Shown here: in pieces, positions 15,324 through 28,208 of the stretch
Position numbering within the stretch: position 1 is the stretch's first letter
Layout: every line of letters starts with the position of its first letter
Assembly (NCBI RefSeq): GCF_001194135.2
Contig: NC_068992.1
Location: 65,509,453 to 65,573,452, forward strand
Reading direction: 5' to 3'
DNA from: Octopus bimaculoides
Lineage: Eukaryota
Length of the DNA: 64,000 bases
Translations under genes and position numbers: made by a program
The notes under the pieces: model-generated
The model's database searches: none
What the model saw: the letters and a program-made list of their open reading frames with translations, nothing else
Told to the model about the DNA's origin: nothing

Positions 15324-16082
15324 GCCAATATTCTGAGATAAACCCAAAAAGATGGTGAATCAGCCTAAAACAAATAAGAGTTCAAAAAACGGAACAATGA
15401 TTTACAAAAAGACGAAATATGCAAGAGAGAGAGGGAGAGAGAGAGAGAGGGGGGGAGATAGAGATAGAGAGAGATAGAGAGAGGAAGGGAGAGCGGATGA
15501 AGGAAAGGGATTAATCGTGAAGAGAAAAAGAATCTGAATGTAATTCAAATCGAACGTGAGAATGAGTGCAAAGAGGAGGAACCAGAGAGATAAAAACGTG
15601 TTTAATGAAAAGAATGTAAATCTATGTCTATAGAAATAAAATGGTTTGTCACAGAACGAAGGATTTTCCTAGTTTTGAGAATAAGACGTAATAATTGCGT
15701 TTATTGATTAACGTATATTTTTTTCAATCTTCAGTTTGCGTTTTTGCTGTATCTTTTAGTGTGTATTTGCTAAAACAGAAGTTGCATGTCAGAATAACCT
15801 GTACAAAGGTATCATGCCTAAACCAGATTACTACTCACTCCTCTGCTGTGTCTAGTGATTGTCGTTTTCTGCCTCCTGCGATACTTTGTGTGGGAGATGT
15901 TCTTGTTGAAACAACGATGCCTAACTTATGAAAATTTGCAATTCTGTATTCAGATTTGACATTTAAAGGGAAAAATCGAAAAAGATGAAATATTACTGCC
16001 TACGTCGTAAAATAGAGATAACAAAATATTCAAATATTCCTGTTGACAAAATACATTAATTAAAATCGTTATATTTTATATG

Positions 16083-16208
16083 CAGGGTGTCCACAAAGTC
16101 TGGGTACATGGGATTAGCACAAACTTTAAGAAATTACTATTTCATATATTTAATTGTTTATGTTATGATTTTATTTACTTCATGTACCCAGACTTTGTGG
16201 ATACCCTG
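16083..16208. mobile_element. 126-bp Tc1/mariner-type MITE
   Basis: 28-bp terminal inverted repeats CAGGGTGTCCACAAAGTCTGGGTACATG (16083-16110) and 16181-16208, with 1 mismatch. Right flank TA, left flank TG (probably a mutated TA TSD). AT-rich non-coding interior. Confidence 0.85.
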
Positions 16209-17130
16209 TATATTTAGCTTAAATATGTAAGTATTCTATGATAAGATAGAAATTCTAGAACTAGTACAATAACACAAAAATATCACCGAAATCAGTTATT
16301 GTGGGAATGGAATTAACGACAATATGGCAAATTCCGAAGATCCAACTCTGGAATGGCTAAAATATAGCTTTTTAAAATTTTTAATTATTTAACAAAAGAA
16401 TTCTTACTTAGAAGGAAAATTCAGTGCCCAACTTTCAGGAATGAGTCCAAAAGCTAAATTGTCTGAAATCAGTGAACTGTTTCAAATAGATGCTACAAAG
16501 TGCAATCTATTCAGGTCACGCAAGATGGAGAACTAATTCTATTCTCTAGTTTCTGGCTACGAAATCTTTCTTTCAAAGGTTTCATCAATCAGAATCCGTG
16601 ATGGAAGGTGTGGCGTAGTCTTAAGAAGGCCATACAACATAGTCGTAAAGAAAACTTCTTAACTACAAAGTCCGTACTACAAGAAATTTGATCTTTTTAA
16701 TGGCGTCTACCTAAGAGCTAATGTTATATTCCAAAATGGTATCAAATAAACTGATGGAAATTATAGAGGAAATCGCAATGCTATTATCAAAAGACGATTC
16801 TTTGTTAGTCCAATGCTCTACTTTTCCAAGATGACAATGGAATACGGGATGAAAGACAAATCTATTAATTGATCAATACACAAATACATTTCGCCGAACA
16901 TAAACGAACGAAATAAGGTCAATTCTACTCAGGTGAGTAACATTATATCTTGTTGCAGCATTTCAATACATTTCGAAGTAAATAAAACAGGTAGAATTAC
17001 CGCAATAAAAAAAACAACAAATTCGTCTTGTTTAATGATTTCACAAAGTAGAACTGCTGTACTTTAAGCACGTGACGCATATTTGTATTTAACAAAGCTC
17101 TGTTAAGCAGAATATTGTCTGGAAAATGAT

Positions 17131-17271
17131 TGTCCAGTGCCATATTGGTACTTATTTTACAGAAACCGAAAGGATGAAAGGCAAAGTCGAGCTTGACGGA
17201 TTTTGAATTGAGAACGGGGCGACAGGCGAAATACCGCGAAGCATTTCGTCCAACATGCTAACGATTCTGCC
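17131..17271 (-). mobile_element. SINE family A, 3'-incomplete
   Basis: CGAAAGGATGAAAGGCAAAGTCGA...GAAATACCGCGAAGCATTTCG...GCTAACGATTCTGCC on the + strand, the reverse complement of the family head. Confidence 0.8.
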
Positions 17272-17330
17272 TATATGATAATAATAATAAAAATAAAACT
17301 ACAGAATAATAATAATAATAATAATAATAA

Positions 17331-17396
<66 letters not shown>

Positions 17397-17785
17397 CACT
17401 AAGAAAAAAGTGACTTCTAATCGATATATCAATACCAACCGATGCCAATATATCTCGAAAAAGAAACGGAAAAATTTCAAAATACAAAGACCTGGAAATA
17501 GAGGTAACTCGAATGTGGAGCCTAAAAACAGAAACAATTTCTATAATGATAGGTGCATTACGTATGATTAAAAATCATTCAGACAAGTAAATAACAAAAA
17601 CACCAGGACTAACAAATTTATATAACATACAGAAAATAGCACTACCAGGCACTTCACACATCCTACGTAAAACACATTCAATACAGTAACCATAAGAGCA
17701 TCACAACAAACCACAGCACATACCCAAGGCACACAGAGCTGCATTCGGTAGTGCAGTGAAAGCATGTGATAAAAATAAAACTACA

Positions 17786-17789
<4 letters not shown>
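17397..17789 (+). mobile_element. R4/Dong-clade non-LTR retrotransposon 3' end with RLE domain remnant (3'UTR type A)
   Basis: One frame reads LIDISIPTDAN...ISKYKDLEIEVTRMWSLKTETISIMIGAL...DK*ITKTPGLTNLYNIQKIALPGTSHILRKTHSIQ* (stop 17687-17689, one internal stop at 17588). About 100 bp of 3'UTR, then (AAT)n; 5' flank is (AAT)n(AGT)n. Confidence 0.9.
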
Positions 17790-17851
<62 letters not shown>

Positions 17852-17852
<1 letters not shown>

Positions 17853-18055
17853 CCTTTGTATTAAAGGCACAGGCTATGAAGTTTGGTAAGAGGGAAATAG
17901 TCGATTATATCGACCCCAGTGCTTCACTGATAATTAATTTATTGATCCCGAAAGGATGAAAGGCAAACTTGACCTCGGCGGAATTTGAACTCATAGCGCG
18001 CAGACGAACGAAATGCCGCTAAGCATTTTTGTCCGGCATGCCAATGATTTTTGCC
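17852..18055 (-). mobile_element. SINE family A
   Basis: GGCACAGG...GTCGATTATATCGACCCCAGT...CCCGAAAGGATGAAAGGCAAACTTGACCTCGGCGGAATTTGAACTC...TTTTTGCC. Its tail is the (AAT)n tract at 17788-17851. Confidence 0.85.
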
Positions 18056-18064
18056 ATAATTCGA

Positions 18065-18148
18065 AATTATGGCTTCGAAATATCAAAGACAGAGTATGAC
18101 CAAATCCTAGGTGTTACTGGGGAAGAGGGTTGCAAAATCTTGTGGGAT
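18065..18148 (+). mobile_element. Short internal fragment of R4/Dong-like ORF (region preceding the RLE)
   Basis: Open frame NYGFEISKTEYDQILGVTGEEGCKILWD matches the KYG...WYDH-x-P-x-x-V-x-E-x-x-x-CKILWD pattern of R4/Dong ORFs. Confidence 0.5.
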
Positions 18149-18721
18149 TCTGTTTGAGTCTACGTCATGCACAAGCCAGTCCTCTGTTCTTGTACCGAAG
18201 GTCTCGTAGCGTTTCTGCATACTCAACAGGGCATTGCATCATCGTGTTTCTGGAACCTAAGGTTGTTTTTGGATTCGTATGTCCACTGAGCCTCCAGCTA
18301 CCCACACTTATAACCTTGTACACCTCAGAACTCACTTTCCCGTCCTGTGTCTCAGATCTGATGACAAACAGCGGATTAATACTCTTGCCAATACACCTGG
18401 CTGTCACCCTGTGTTGCCTTCATCCATGTCAATTAGAACGAAAGCATGGACAGGTATATGATTTACGACCAGTCAAACGCTACTGTAATATTTCCACTGA
18501 GAGACAGAAAAAAAATATTTCGCTATACGCTCTTTCGAGTATAGAAAAAAAAAACTCATTACTTTTTATAGACATCTTCCCATTTCCCTCATTCTTCTAA
18601 AGAAAAAAATCTCACAAAGTAGGTTCCTACTCAGCCAGTCGATACACGTTCAGGAATTGACAGTGACTGGCAGCAGGAGGAAAACTCTTTCGTTATTCAT
18701 TTCGCATACATGTGTGTTTAA

Positions 18722-18793
<72 letters not shown>

Positions 18794-18963
18794 ACTTGTG
18801 TCTATGTCGTTTAATTGAGAATATGCTATGTTGTATTGCCACTTTGTTTCCGTTGATTCCTTTTTAAGGTCGTGTTCGTGTCTTCAAAGATAATTTCACA
18901 GTATTTCTGTGGATGTGATCTATTCACTGCTATTCCCATTTCTGTTACTTATCATTATTATTA

Positions 18964-19127
18964 CGTTCGCACAGCTTCTAACGCTGGAGATGTACTGCGG
19001 TGTGAGCTCTTCAGTACCAGTGAACTAAGGTAACACCTCTTAGTTTTCGCGCACCTTCCGGAGTATTCGAGCGGTTCCAAGCAGTGCTGTTTTCTGCAAG
19101 TACTGTTTTCTGCAGTGCTGTTTTCCG
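18964..19127 (-). mobile_element. R4/Dong-clade 3' end (type B), second copy
   Basis: Minus strand reads LQKTALLGTARILRKVREN*. The 3'UTR aligns with 10829-10906. Short (ATT)n tail at 18949-18963; triplicated 15-16-mer at the 5' junction. Confidence 0.8.
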
Positions 19128-19216
19128 TACACCTAGGGCAGAGAAACTCACTGTATGCATTCCCAGTTTACACACGCAAATTCACAGGTAAAATATGTAT
19201 TTAAAAAAAAATAATA

Positions 19217-19256
<40 letters not shown>

Positions 19257-19258
<2 letters not shown>

Positions 19259-20355
19259 TTATGTTTGACTTTTGTTTTGCATTTGTACANNNNNNNNNNN
19301 NNNNNNNNNNNNNNNNNNNNNNNNNNNNNNNNNNNNNNNNNNNNNNNNNNNNNNNNNNNNNNNNNNNNNNNNNNNNNNNNNNNNNNNNNNNNNNNNNNNN
19401 NNNNNNNNNNNNNNNNNNNNNNNNNNNNNNNNNNNNNNNNNNNNNNNNNNNNNNNNNNNNNNNNNNNNNNNNNNNNNNNNNNNNNNNNNNNNNNNNNNNN
19501 NNNNNNNNNNNNNNNNNNNNNNNNNNNNNNNNNNNNNNNNNNNNNNNNNNNNNNNNNNNNNNNNNNNNNNNNNNNNNNNNNNNNNNNNNNNNNNNNNNNN
19601 NNNNNNNNNNNNNNNNNNNNNNNNNNNNNNNNNNNNNNNNNNNNNNNNNNNNNNNNNNNNNNNNNNNNNNNNNNNNNNNNNNNNNNNNNNNNNNNNNNNN
19701 NNNNNNNNNNNNNNNNNNNNNNNNNNNNNNNNNNNNNNNNNNNNNNNNNNNNNNNNNNNNNNNNNNNNNNNNNNNNNNNNNNNNNNNNNNNNNNNNNNNN
19801 NNNNNNNNNNNNNNNNNNNNNNNNNNNNNNNNNNNNNNNNNNNNNNNNNNNNNNNNNNNNNNNNNNNNNNNNNNNNNNNNNNNNNNNNNNNNNNNNNNNN
19901 NNNNNNNNNNNNNNNNNNNNNNNNNNNNNNNNNNNNNNNNNNNNNNNNNNNNNNNNNNNNNNNNNNNNNNNNNNNNNNNNNNNNNNNNNNNNNNNNNNNN
20001 NNNNNNNNNNNNNNNNNNNNNNNNNNNNNNNNNNNNNNNNNNNNNNNNNNNNNNNNNNNNNNNNNNNNNNNNNNNNNNNNNNNNNNNNNNNNNNNNNNNN
20101 NNNNNNNNNNNNNNNNNNNNNNNNNNNNNNNNNNNNNNNNNNNNNNNNNNNNNNNNNNNNNNNNNNNNNNNNNNNGGGCTTTGTCAATATCTGCATTATT
20201 CGCTCTCTTTGGGTATTTGCCATTGAGAGGTTTTCCATGCCATTTTTCAGTCATAATAGCTAAGGCAGCAATTTTAGCACGGGTTTTCAAGCGCTTAGCT
20301 TTTTCTGTAGGTGTTTCTAGTTCGTCTAATTCTTGAATTTGTTGCAATTGGAATT
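19257..20355 (-). mobile_element. R4/Dong-clade element, about 1.1 kb 5'-truncated copy spanning an assembly gap (3'UTR type C)
   Basis: 20350-20176 reads QLQQIQELDELETPTEKAKRLKTRAKIAALAIMTEKWHGKPLNGKYPKRANNADIDKA (W-x-x-K-x-L-[HN]-G motif). The terminal 33 bp (TGTACAAATGCAAAACAAAAGTCAAACATAAAAT) match the type C 3' end at 58722-58755. (ATT)n on both sides; the 886-bp gap fits the missing portion. Confidence 0.8.
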
Positions 20356-20362
20356 CACTTAG

Positions 20363-20421
<59 letters not shown>

Positions 20422-20895
20422 CATCATCATCACCATCGTCGTCGTCGTGGTTGTTGTTGTTAGGTGAGCAGAATCATTAGAGTGAGGGATCCGTAGCTTT
20501 ATTTCTATCACTACCAATACCATAAACAACAAAATCACTGAGAAAAACAAGCAATTAAAAGTAAAGACAACAAAAGCACCGTCATAACGGTAACAATCAA
20601 GAATACGATCAGAATCAAAATAGAAACCAAAAACTATTTAAATAAAAAAAACACCGAAAAACATAGAAATAAAGATGCTATCTATTGTAATAATAATGTT
20701 CGTAGACTTGTGTCTCCTTGTTGTTACACCATTTTGATGTTCTTCATATCTGACTAAGATATTGAACTCGTATCGATCCTGATATGTAGCGATAATGTCT
20801 AGTGAATTGAACACTCTTATTTGGAAAATGAGAAACCATTAAATCAGAAACGTATGGAACTTATAGTAATGGATATCCAATATATTGTGCATATG

Positions 20896-21072
<177 letters not shown>

Positions 21073-22765
21073 CTTCTATGTATCTTGTATGATAAACAAA
21101 TTACCCAAGAAAAGAAAGAATCCCCCATAATCAAAGAAAAGAAAGAAAATACACAAGGAACTTAGCCGTAATCCCAATAAAACCGATCAAACAATAAAGT
21201 TAATGTGTGATAAGTAAGAATCGGGAGTTTCAATAACACTTGATGACAGCGATTATCTCGTAGTTTCTGTGACACCATTATTCTCTTCAAAAGTATCGGA
21301 TTAGGTGTAAGGAGCATTTTTAAAGGCCTCTTAACCATTCATTTTAAACCTTAACTTGTTTGAACAAATATATCGACCAAACACAGCATTTATTCACACC
21401 AAAACCGATCTCGCCAGACAACATGGAATTGGCGGTAACATATTTACATTGATTTTTTTTTTTTCCATTTTAGCTATTTTTCCTACGGTAACATTTGGTA
21501 AAGAATTAATGTAGTTTTATTAGAAGCTTTTTTTTTTCCGTTTTTGGATTCAGCTGTTCAGGAAGTCCAATACGAATCATTCAAATGCCAACTTGTCATT
21601 CTTTGATTTTCCAACATGTATGTGTGTAATTATGTATGTATGTATGTATGTTTCCACTTCCGTTTGCCATGGAGTAAAATATTCACTCTTGAGCCAAAAT
21701 GGTGTCAAACATTATAACCAGCTCAGACTGCCCCACCCCACCACTGGTCAGATGGACGCATGAATTTCTTACTCTTAGATCTCACCTGTAACACGTACCA
21801 AAAGAGAGAGAGAGAGAGAACTCTGAATTGAGGACGCCCTGGTTTTTAAGTGATCTGACTACACATTTTCTCTCAAATGACATTATCTCCATAATAATCT
21901 GCAACGAATAACTTTTTATGGGCTCAAATATATTTAAACTGGTATTAAATTTGTGTGTGTGTGTTTTTTTCAAGTTACAAGCTGCATATTCTTAAATATA
22001 ATTATATTTACATATGTTATTCAATGATTATGCAACAAAATCCTAAACAATTTTTGGGCATAATTGAAATACAAATTTATGTATTTCCTTCATAACATCC
22101 ACCCTATTGTGGCAAGATGTTGGAGTGAAACAGGCGAATCCATTAAAATCAGAACTAGAATCATATGCGAAATCTTTGAGTTGTAACAGAGAACGTTTAA
22201 ATCATGACTGCATAATGCGAAAACGGAAACCCCATATTATTGTATATAATACTTAAACGGAAGTCACGCATTGTATTATGTGGTTACAATTACATCACAG
22301 ACGTTATTCAATCTATAACATTTATGAAAATAGAGTTGAGAAGCAGAAAGGCGAATCTTGTTAACACAATTGTCTGAGTTATGATAACTAGCGCACAAAT
22401 ATTTCAAAATTCCAACCTCGTATAGGACACCTGGAGAGGATCCGATCGACAATGCATGATGATAGGAAGAAAGAGATAAACAGTTTAGAAAACAAAACAT
22501 TACACGAGAGTGGCGTATTGGTAAAATGGCTCTTGTTTAAAATATAAAATGTAACAATACGAGTGACGATTTCTCATAGATTATCTTTACTTCTTATATA
22601 TTACGTATATACATTTAAAGCAGCGATATTACTATGATATACGAAACCAGGAAAAAGCTGCCTTCCATTCATTTAGTGTTGTTTAAAGAATGTTATTGGC
22701 TGTAAAATGGCAGAATATTTTCTGCCCTGAAAAATTTGTCAGTTGCATCAATCTGCGTTCTGTGA

Positions 22766-22872
22766 TCGACCTGAAGCTATAGTAGAAGAAACTTGCCCAA
22801 GGTGTCATGCAGTGGGTCTGAACTCGGAACTATGTGGTTGAGAAGCAGGCTTTTTACCACCCAGCCACGCCT
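22766..22872 (-). mobile_element. SINE family B (tRNA-like head), partial
   Basis: GCTATAGTAGAAGAAACTTGCCCAAGGTG...CTGAACTCGGAAC...TTACCACCCAGCCACGCCT; reverse complement of the 31120-31220 copy. Confidence 0.8.
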
Positions 22873-23131
22873 AATACACTTGTACATATTTTATTATTTC
22901 TAAGTACACTTCATGCAATTTCTGTTTGCTCGTGCAAGTCTTGTGCTGTCACGTGGGTTAGGAATCAAATATTAATTAAATTTTGATTATAAAATATCAT
23001 AATGTATGTATAGGTGATATAATGCGGCACACTGTGATATTGAATCTTCGAGTCGTTCTAACAATGTGGGTGGTGTGCGTCAGAATCACTTCGTGATAAT
23101 TTAATCTGTAGCATCTTTGCAACTTAATGAA

Positions 23132-23182
<51 letters not shown>

Positions 23183-23700
23183 TCATGATTATGAACCTCT
23201 CCGGAGAATATATGAGAAGCAGGAGAGAGATGTGTTTCATGGCTAAGCCGAGGATAGACATAATTACCCGTCCGTGTATCTCAAAGTATGTGTATACACA
23301 TATGTGTATACACATATGTGTATATATGTGTATACAGGTGTGCGTGTCTGCGTACATAATTAAATGGTGGAGTCTTGTGACAAAAAGTCGTAAGATTTTA
23401 TCTGCAGAGGATGAATACCATAAAAAAATAAAATTTTAAAAAAATTTTGAATCGCATTTCAATTTGAAGAAAACGCTCCACACACAAAATTTAATAAGTG
23501 AATAAATAAATTCATTGTTTTCCGCAAAACACAAATAGATTACACATTGATAAGCTAATTTGAATATTAGTGTAATTTCTAAATTTGTTTTTCTGCCGTC
23601 GTAAATGTGCAAAGTGTCATATCGAAGTGTCTGTATTATATAAATTCAATCATACATACATACATACATACGCACATGTACGCACACACACACACACACA

Positions 23701-23740
<40 letters not shown>

Positions 23741-24166
23741 NNNNNNNNNNNNNNNNNNNNNNNNNNNNNNNNNNNNNNNNNNNNNNNNNNNNNNNNNNNN
23801 NNNNNNNNNNNNNNNNNNNNNNNNNNNNNNNNNNNNNNNNNNNNNNNNNNNNNNNNNNNNNNNNNNNNNNNNNNNNNNNNNNNNNNNNNNNNNNNNNNNN
23901 NNNNNNNNNNNNNNNNNNNNNNNNNNNNNNNNNNNNNNNNNNNNNNNNNNNNNNNNNNNNNNNNNNNNNNNNNNNNNNNNNNNNNNNNNNNNNNNNNNNN
24001 NNNNNNNNNNNNNNNNNNNNNNNNNNNNNNNNNNNNNNNNNNNNNNNNNNNNNNNNNNNNNNNNNNNNNNNNNNNNNNNNNNNNNNNNNNNNNNNNNNNN
24101 NNNNNNNNNNNNNNNNNNNNNNNNNNNNNNNNNNNNNNNNNNNNNNNNNNNNNNNNNNNNNNNNNN

Positions 24167-24200
<34 letters not shown>

Positions 24201-25830
24201 AAGTATAGGAATGTTGCAGGAGAAATTTTGGCATGAGCGGAAGAAATATGAGCTAACATTCTTGGAGAAGAACAGTGGTAACTGGAAGAGAAGCTTAAGA
24301 GACGTAACCTACGACTCTGCTAAACGGAAAGTGGAGAAGAAAAAGTGATCAGATACAAACGTATCTTCCGCCCCCTGTTAGCTTTATTATGAGAAATCAC
24401 TTCTCTTTTAATAATGGCGACCAATATTTATTGTTTAAAAGTGTCGTCTTTTCAATATTATTTTATTCAATAGCGAGAAGAATGTATTGAATTAGCAATT
24501 AAGAATTTCAATTCAGTTAATTTTTAATAATCAAAATTATATTTTATTGAAATATTTTGAATCAAGAGAAAGGAAAAAGTCAAGAATGACATGAATTCGT
24601 ATCAATTGTTATATTTTTCTCTTCGACAACCTCTACATCCGTATTCCACTGTTTATGCCGGCCTAAATATCTCATCTAATCAAAAATCTTTTCATTAGAA
24701 CACAAACGAAAGAAGTCGTAACATATTTCGTGCATAGCTTTTTTGTTTACAGTTCGTTTTTACTCGTAGCCTTTGACAAAACCCTTTTCAATATAACAGA
24801 AAAAGTACAAGTTAAAGTTACACAATGCTGCTTATATAAACATTGAAAACACACTTATTGCATTCTCAAACCAACGTATATATAAAGAGAAATACATATA
24901 CGTTTATATATACATGTGTATGTATGTATGTATATATATATATATATATATANNNNNNNNNNNNNNNNNNNNNNNNNNNNNNNNNNNNNNNNNNNNNNNN
25001 NNNNNNNNNNNNNNNNNNNNNNNNNNNNNNNNNNNNNNNNNNNNNNNNNNNNNNNNNNNNNNNNNNNNNNNNNNNNNNNNNNNNNNNNNNNNNNNNNNNN
25101 NNNNNNNNNNNNNNNNNNNNNNNNNNNNNNNNNNNNNNNNNNNNNNNNNNNNNNNNNNNNNNNNNNNNNNNNNNNNNNNNNNNNNNNNNNNNNNNNNNNN
25201 NNNNNNNNNNNNNNNNNNNNNNNNNNNNNNNNNNNNNNNNNNNNNNNNNNNNNNNNNNNNNNNNNNNNNNNNNNNNNNNNNNNNNNNNNNNNNNNNNNNN
25301 NNNNNNNNNNNNNNNNNNNNNNNNNNNNNNNNNNNNNNNNNNNNNNNNNNNNNNNNNNNNNNNNNNNNNNNNNNNNNNNNNNNNNNNNNNNNNNNNNNNN
25401 NNNNNNNNNNNNNNNNNNNNNNNNNNNNNNNNNNNNNNNNNNNNNNNNNNNNNNNNNNNNNNNNNNNNNNNNNNNNNNNNNNNNNNNNNNNNNNNNNNNN
25501 NNNNNNNNNNNNNNNNNNNNNNNNNNNNNNNNNNNNNNNNNNNNNNNNNNNNNNNNNNNNNNNNNNNNNNNNNNNNNNNNNNNNNNNNNNNNNNNNNNNN
25601 NNNNNNNNNNNNNNNNNNNNNNNNNNNNNNNNNNNNNNNNNNNNNNNNNNNNNNNNNNNNNNNNNNNNNNNNNNNNNNNNNNNNNNNNNNNNNNNNNNNN
25701 NNNNNNNNNNNNNNNNNNNNNNNNNNNNNNNNNNNNNNNNNNNNNNNNNNNNNNNNNNNNNNNNNNNNNNNNNNNNNNNNNNNNNNNNNNNNNNNNNNNN
25801 NNNNNNNNNNNNNNNNNNNNNNNNNNNNNN

Positions 25831-25883
<53 letters not shown>

Positions 25884-26997
25884 TTGTTTATATATATATA
25901 TAACTTTTATTGTAGAGACAAATTCTATTAGATTAAGTTGAAATAATTTGAATGTTTAGAATTTACGTAGCAGAGTAAAGCCAGTAAACACAGTACATAT
26001 TTTTTATTTTTGTTTTCTAGACACAATAAATTTCTTTAAGTTTCTAATAATTGGTAGCTGTGTGTGTGTATGTGTTTGTATGCGTATGTGTGCGGGTTTG
26101 TGTTTGTGTGCGTGCGTGTACGTCTGTGTGTGTATATGTGAGAGAGAGAGTGTGTGCGCGCGCGTGTGTATTTAAAGAGGATAATATTAAGTTCTCTCCT
26201 AAAGAAGGCAATCAGGTGTCCCGCTCGGCCTTTTTGATCACGTGAAGAAAAGAAGAGATATCTCATTACTGAATATTCCAATAATCCTAATATTAAAATA
26301 TTTCTGATTTACTTGGAACTTAATGTGAACCTAGAAAAGGGTGCTGCAGCTAAGGACTGAACTCACGTCAATACAGTGTAGTGAATTCAATTGATAGGTC
26401 TAGAATTTGCAGAGAGATTAGTATAAAACAACAACGGAAATAATAGCTGCATCAGTGTTGTTCAGAGTGATTCCAAAACGATTGATACTTGAGTCTAAAT
26501 GTACTTCGTTGTGTAAGTGTAAGGTTCCGGTGTTAAAATGCATAGTGTCATTGTAAACAATTCTGATGTGTGTGGACCCATAGACCCTACATTGCCATGA
26601 AGAGTGAGGATTTTAGGAAGAGTAAATGTATTTCGTATTGCTATCTGTAAGTATAATACTTTGATGCAGCCTCTTTATGGATCGGTTGACACTTGAACAT
26701 CGTTTCGACTTTGAATCATATTTGGATCAACCTACACTTGCGCCACAAAAAAAAAGCAAAAATAAAAGAGAATTTAGTTGTTTGACTAAAAATAACGTAA
26801 CTACATTGTGTGACACATCACGTGATTTTCTTCGATACTGAAGTTCTTGTTGCGTGCCGTTGAACATTAGAATTATATCTAAATTTAGTGTAACGATACA
26901 AAACAAGTCTAACAGTTGCAATTTGTTGTAAACAACAAAATGGCTTCTGGCATTAACCTCACTGAGCTCATTAAGTGAGAGTATGTGTATGTAGCTT

Positions 26998-27040
<43 letters not shown>

Positions 27041-28170
27041 CCGGGTTTGAGTGAAGTAGTAGCTGTCATTTCCCTTCCAAGATGATCAATGAAGACGCGA
27101 TCGGCAAAAAATGACATTGAAGTAATATGAAAGTAAGAATTAATTTTGAATGTTTATTTCCAACTGACAAGATATACAAAACGATTGGGCCTGTGGAGAT
27201 GTTAGTCGGAACACCTTTCTTGTTCCTCTCCGGACAAGACCTCATCATCTTCTTGATATAAAACAGAAAATAGACTGCAGCAGATAGGCTTATACTCTCC
27301 AGTAATATTTAACATCCATATTCTCTGCTATGAATAATATTACGTTAATATTTTCGCATAAAATTTGGTAGGAAGATTACATTGATTTCAACGTAACGTT
27401 GGATCTGATCAAGCCAGCTAACTTAAAATACGCATTCTGAATGCCAATAAAACTGTATGAGAACCGCTAAAGAAGGAGAACGTGGATAAAAACACAACAA
27501 TGGAACAAAAATCAAAGAAAGAAAGCATAAACGTAGAGATAATACGTATACAACTAACTAATTATATAAGAAGAATATGAAACCAAATGCTAAGCTGCAT
27601 TCAAAATGTTGAGCAACCTGAATCGAACCAAAGCAAGCAAAAATATGAGTAAAAGACAGCGAGAGGAATATTTACAAAGAAGGAAATTACTAAAGACGAA
27701 AATCACAAACATTAAACAGAAATGCTAAGTGCATTTTGGTAAATAGTACATAATTTTTCAGACATAGACAAGGAAAAATTATTAAAACTAATCCAATCTT
27801 TGTTAAGAGACGAATACTTCAAAAGGCTTTCCTCTCGTTACTCCTTTTCAGTTTGACGCTAATATCTTTAACACTCAGTTTAAGCTAGACAAGACACGGA
27901 TGTAATATGAGAGGTTAATCAGCCAACTATTATACATGGACACTTTAAAAATGTGTGCTGCAATTAATAAAGCACTAAAAACATTGTAACAGAAAGTATA
28001 CGAAAGCTGTTTCCTTAGGTTATATGTAAATATTGTCTCCGTAAGTTCAAAATCCTCCACTTCAAGAACATCCCCCCTCTGTCTGTCGTGGCCTGAATGT
28101 TTCAATTATACATACATATATATGTGTGTGTGTACGTACGTATGTAAATATGTGTCTGTATGTGTGTGCA

Positions 28171-28208
<38 letters not shown>

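Noticed and set aside
16815-16937. Perfect donor CAG|GTGAGT at about 16931 with an upstream acceptor
   Set aside because: Stops in all frames, and it lies inside a probable transposon relic.
18160-18480. GC-richer unique-looking island with overlapping short ORFs on both strands
   Set aside because: No frame gives a recognisable peptide and there are no splice signals; probably an unidentified repeat.
24210-24345. 45-codon ORF MLQEKFWHERKKYELTFLEKNSGNW...
   Set aside because: Purine-rich sequence next to (GA)n, no splice context, no recognisable domain.
27440-27860. A-rich, LINE-like stretch with K/R-rich partial frames
   Set aside because: No diagnostic motif found.
27875-28105. 76-aa minus-strand ORF (GHDRQRGDVLEVEDFELTETIF...)
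   Set aside because: Non-ATG start, weak splice signals, no recognisable motif; length is within chance expectation.
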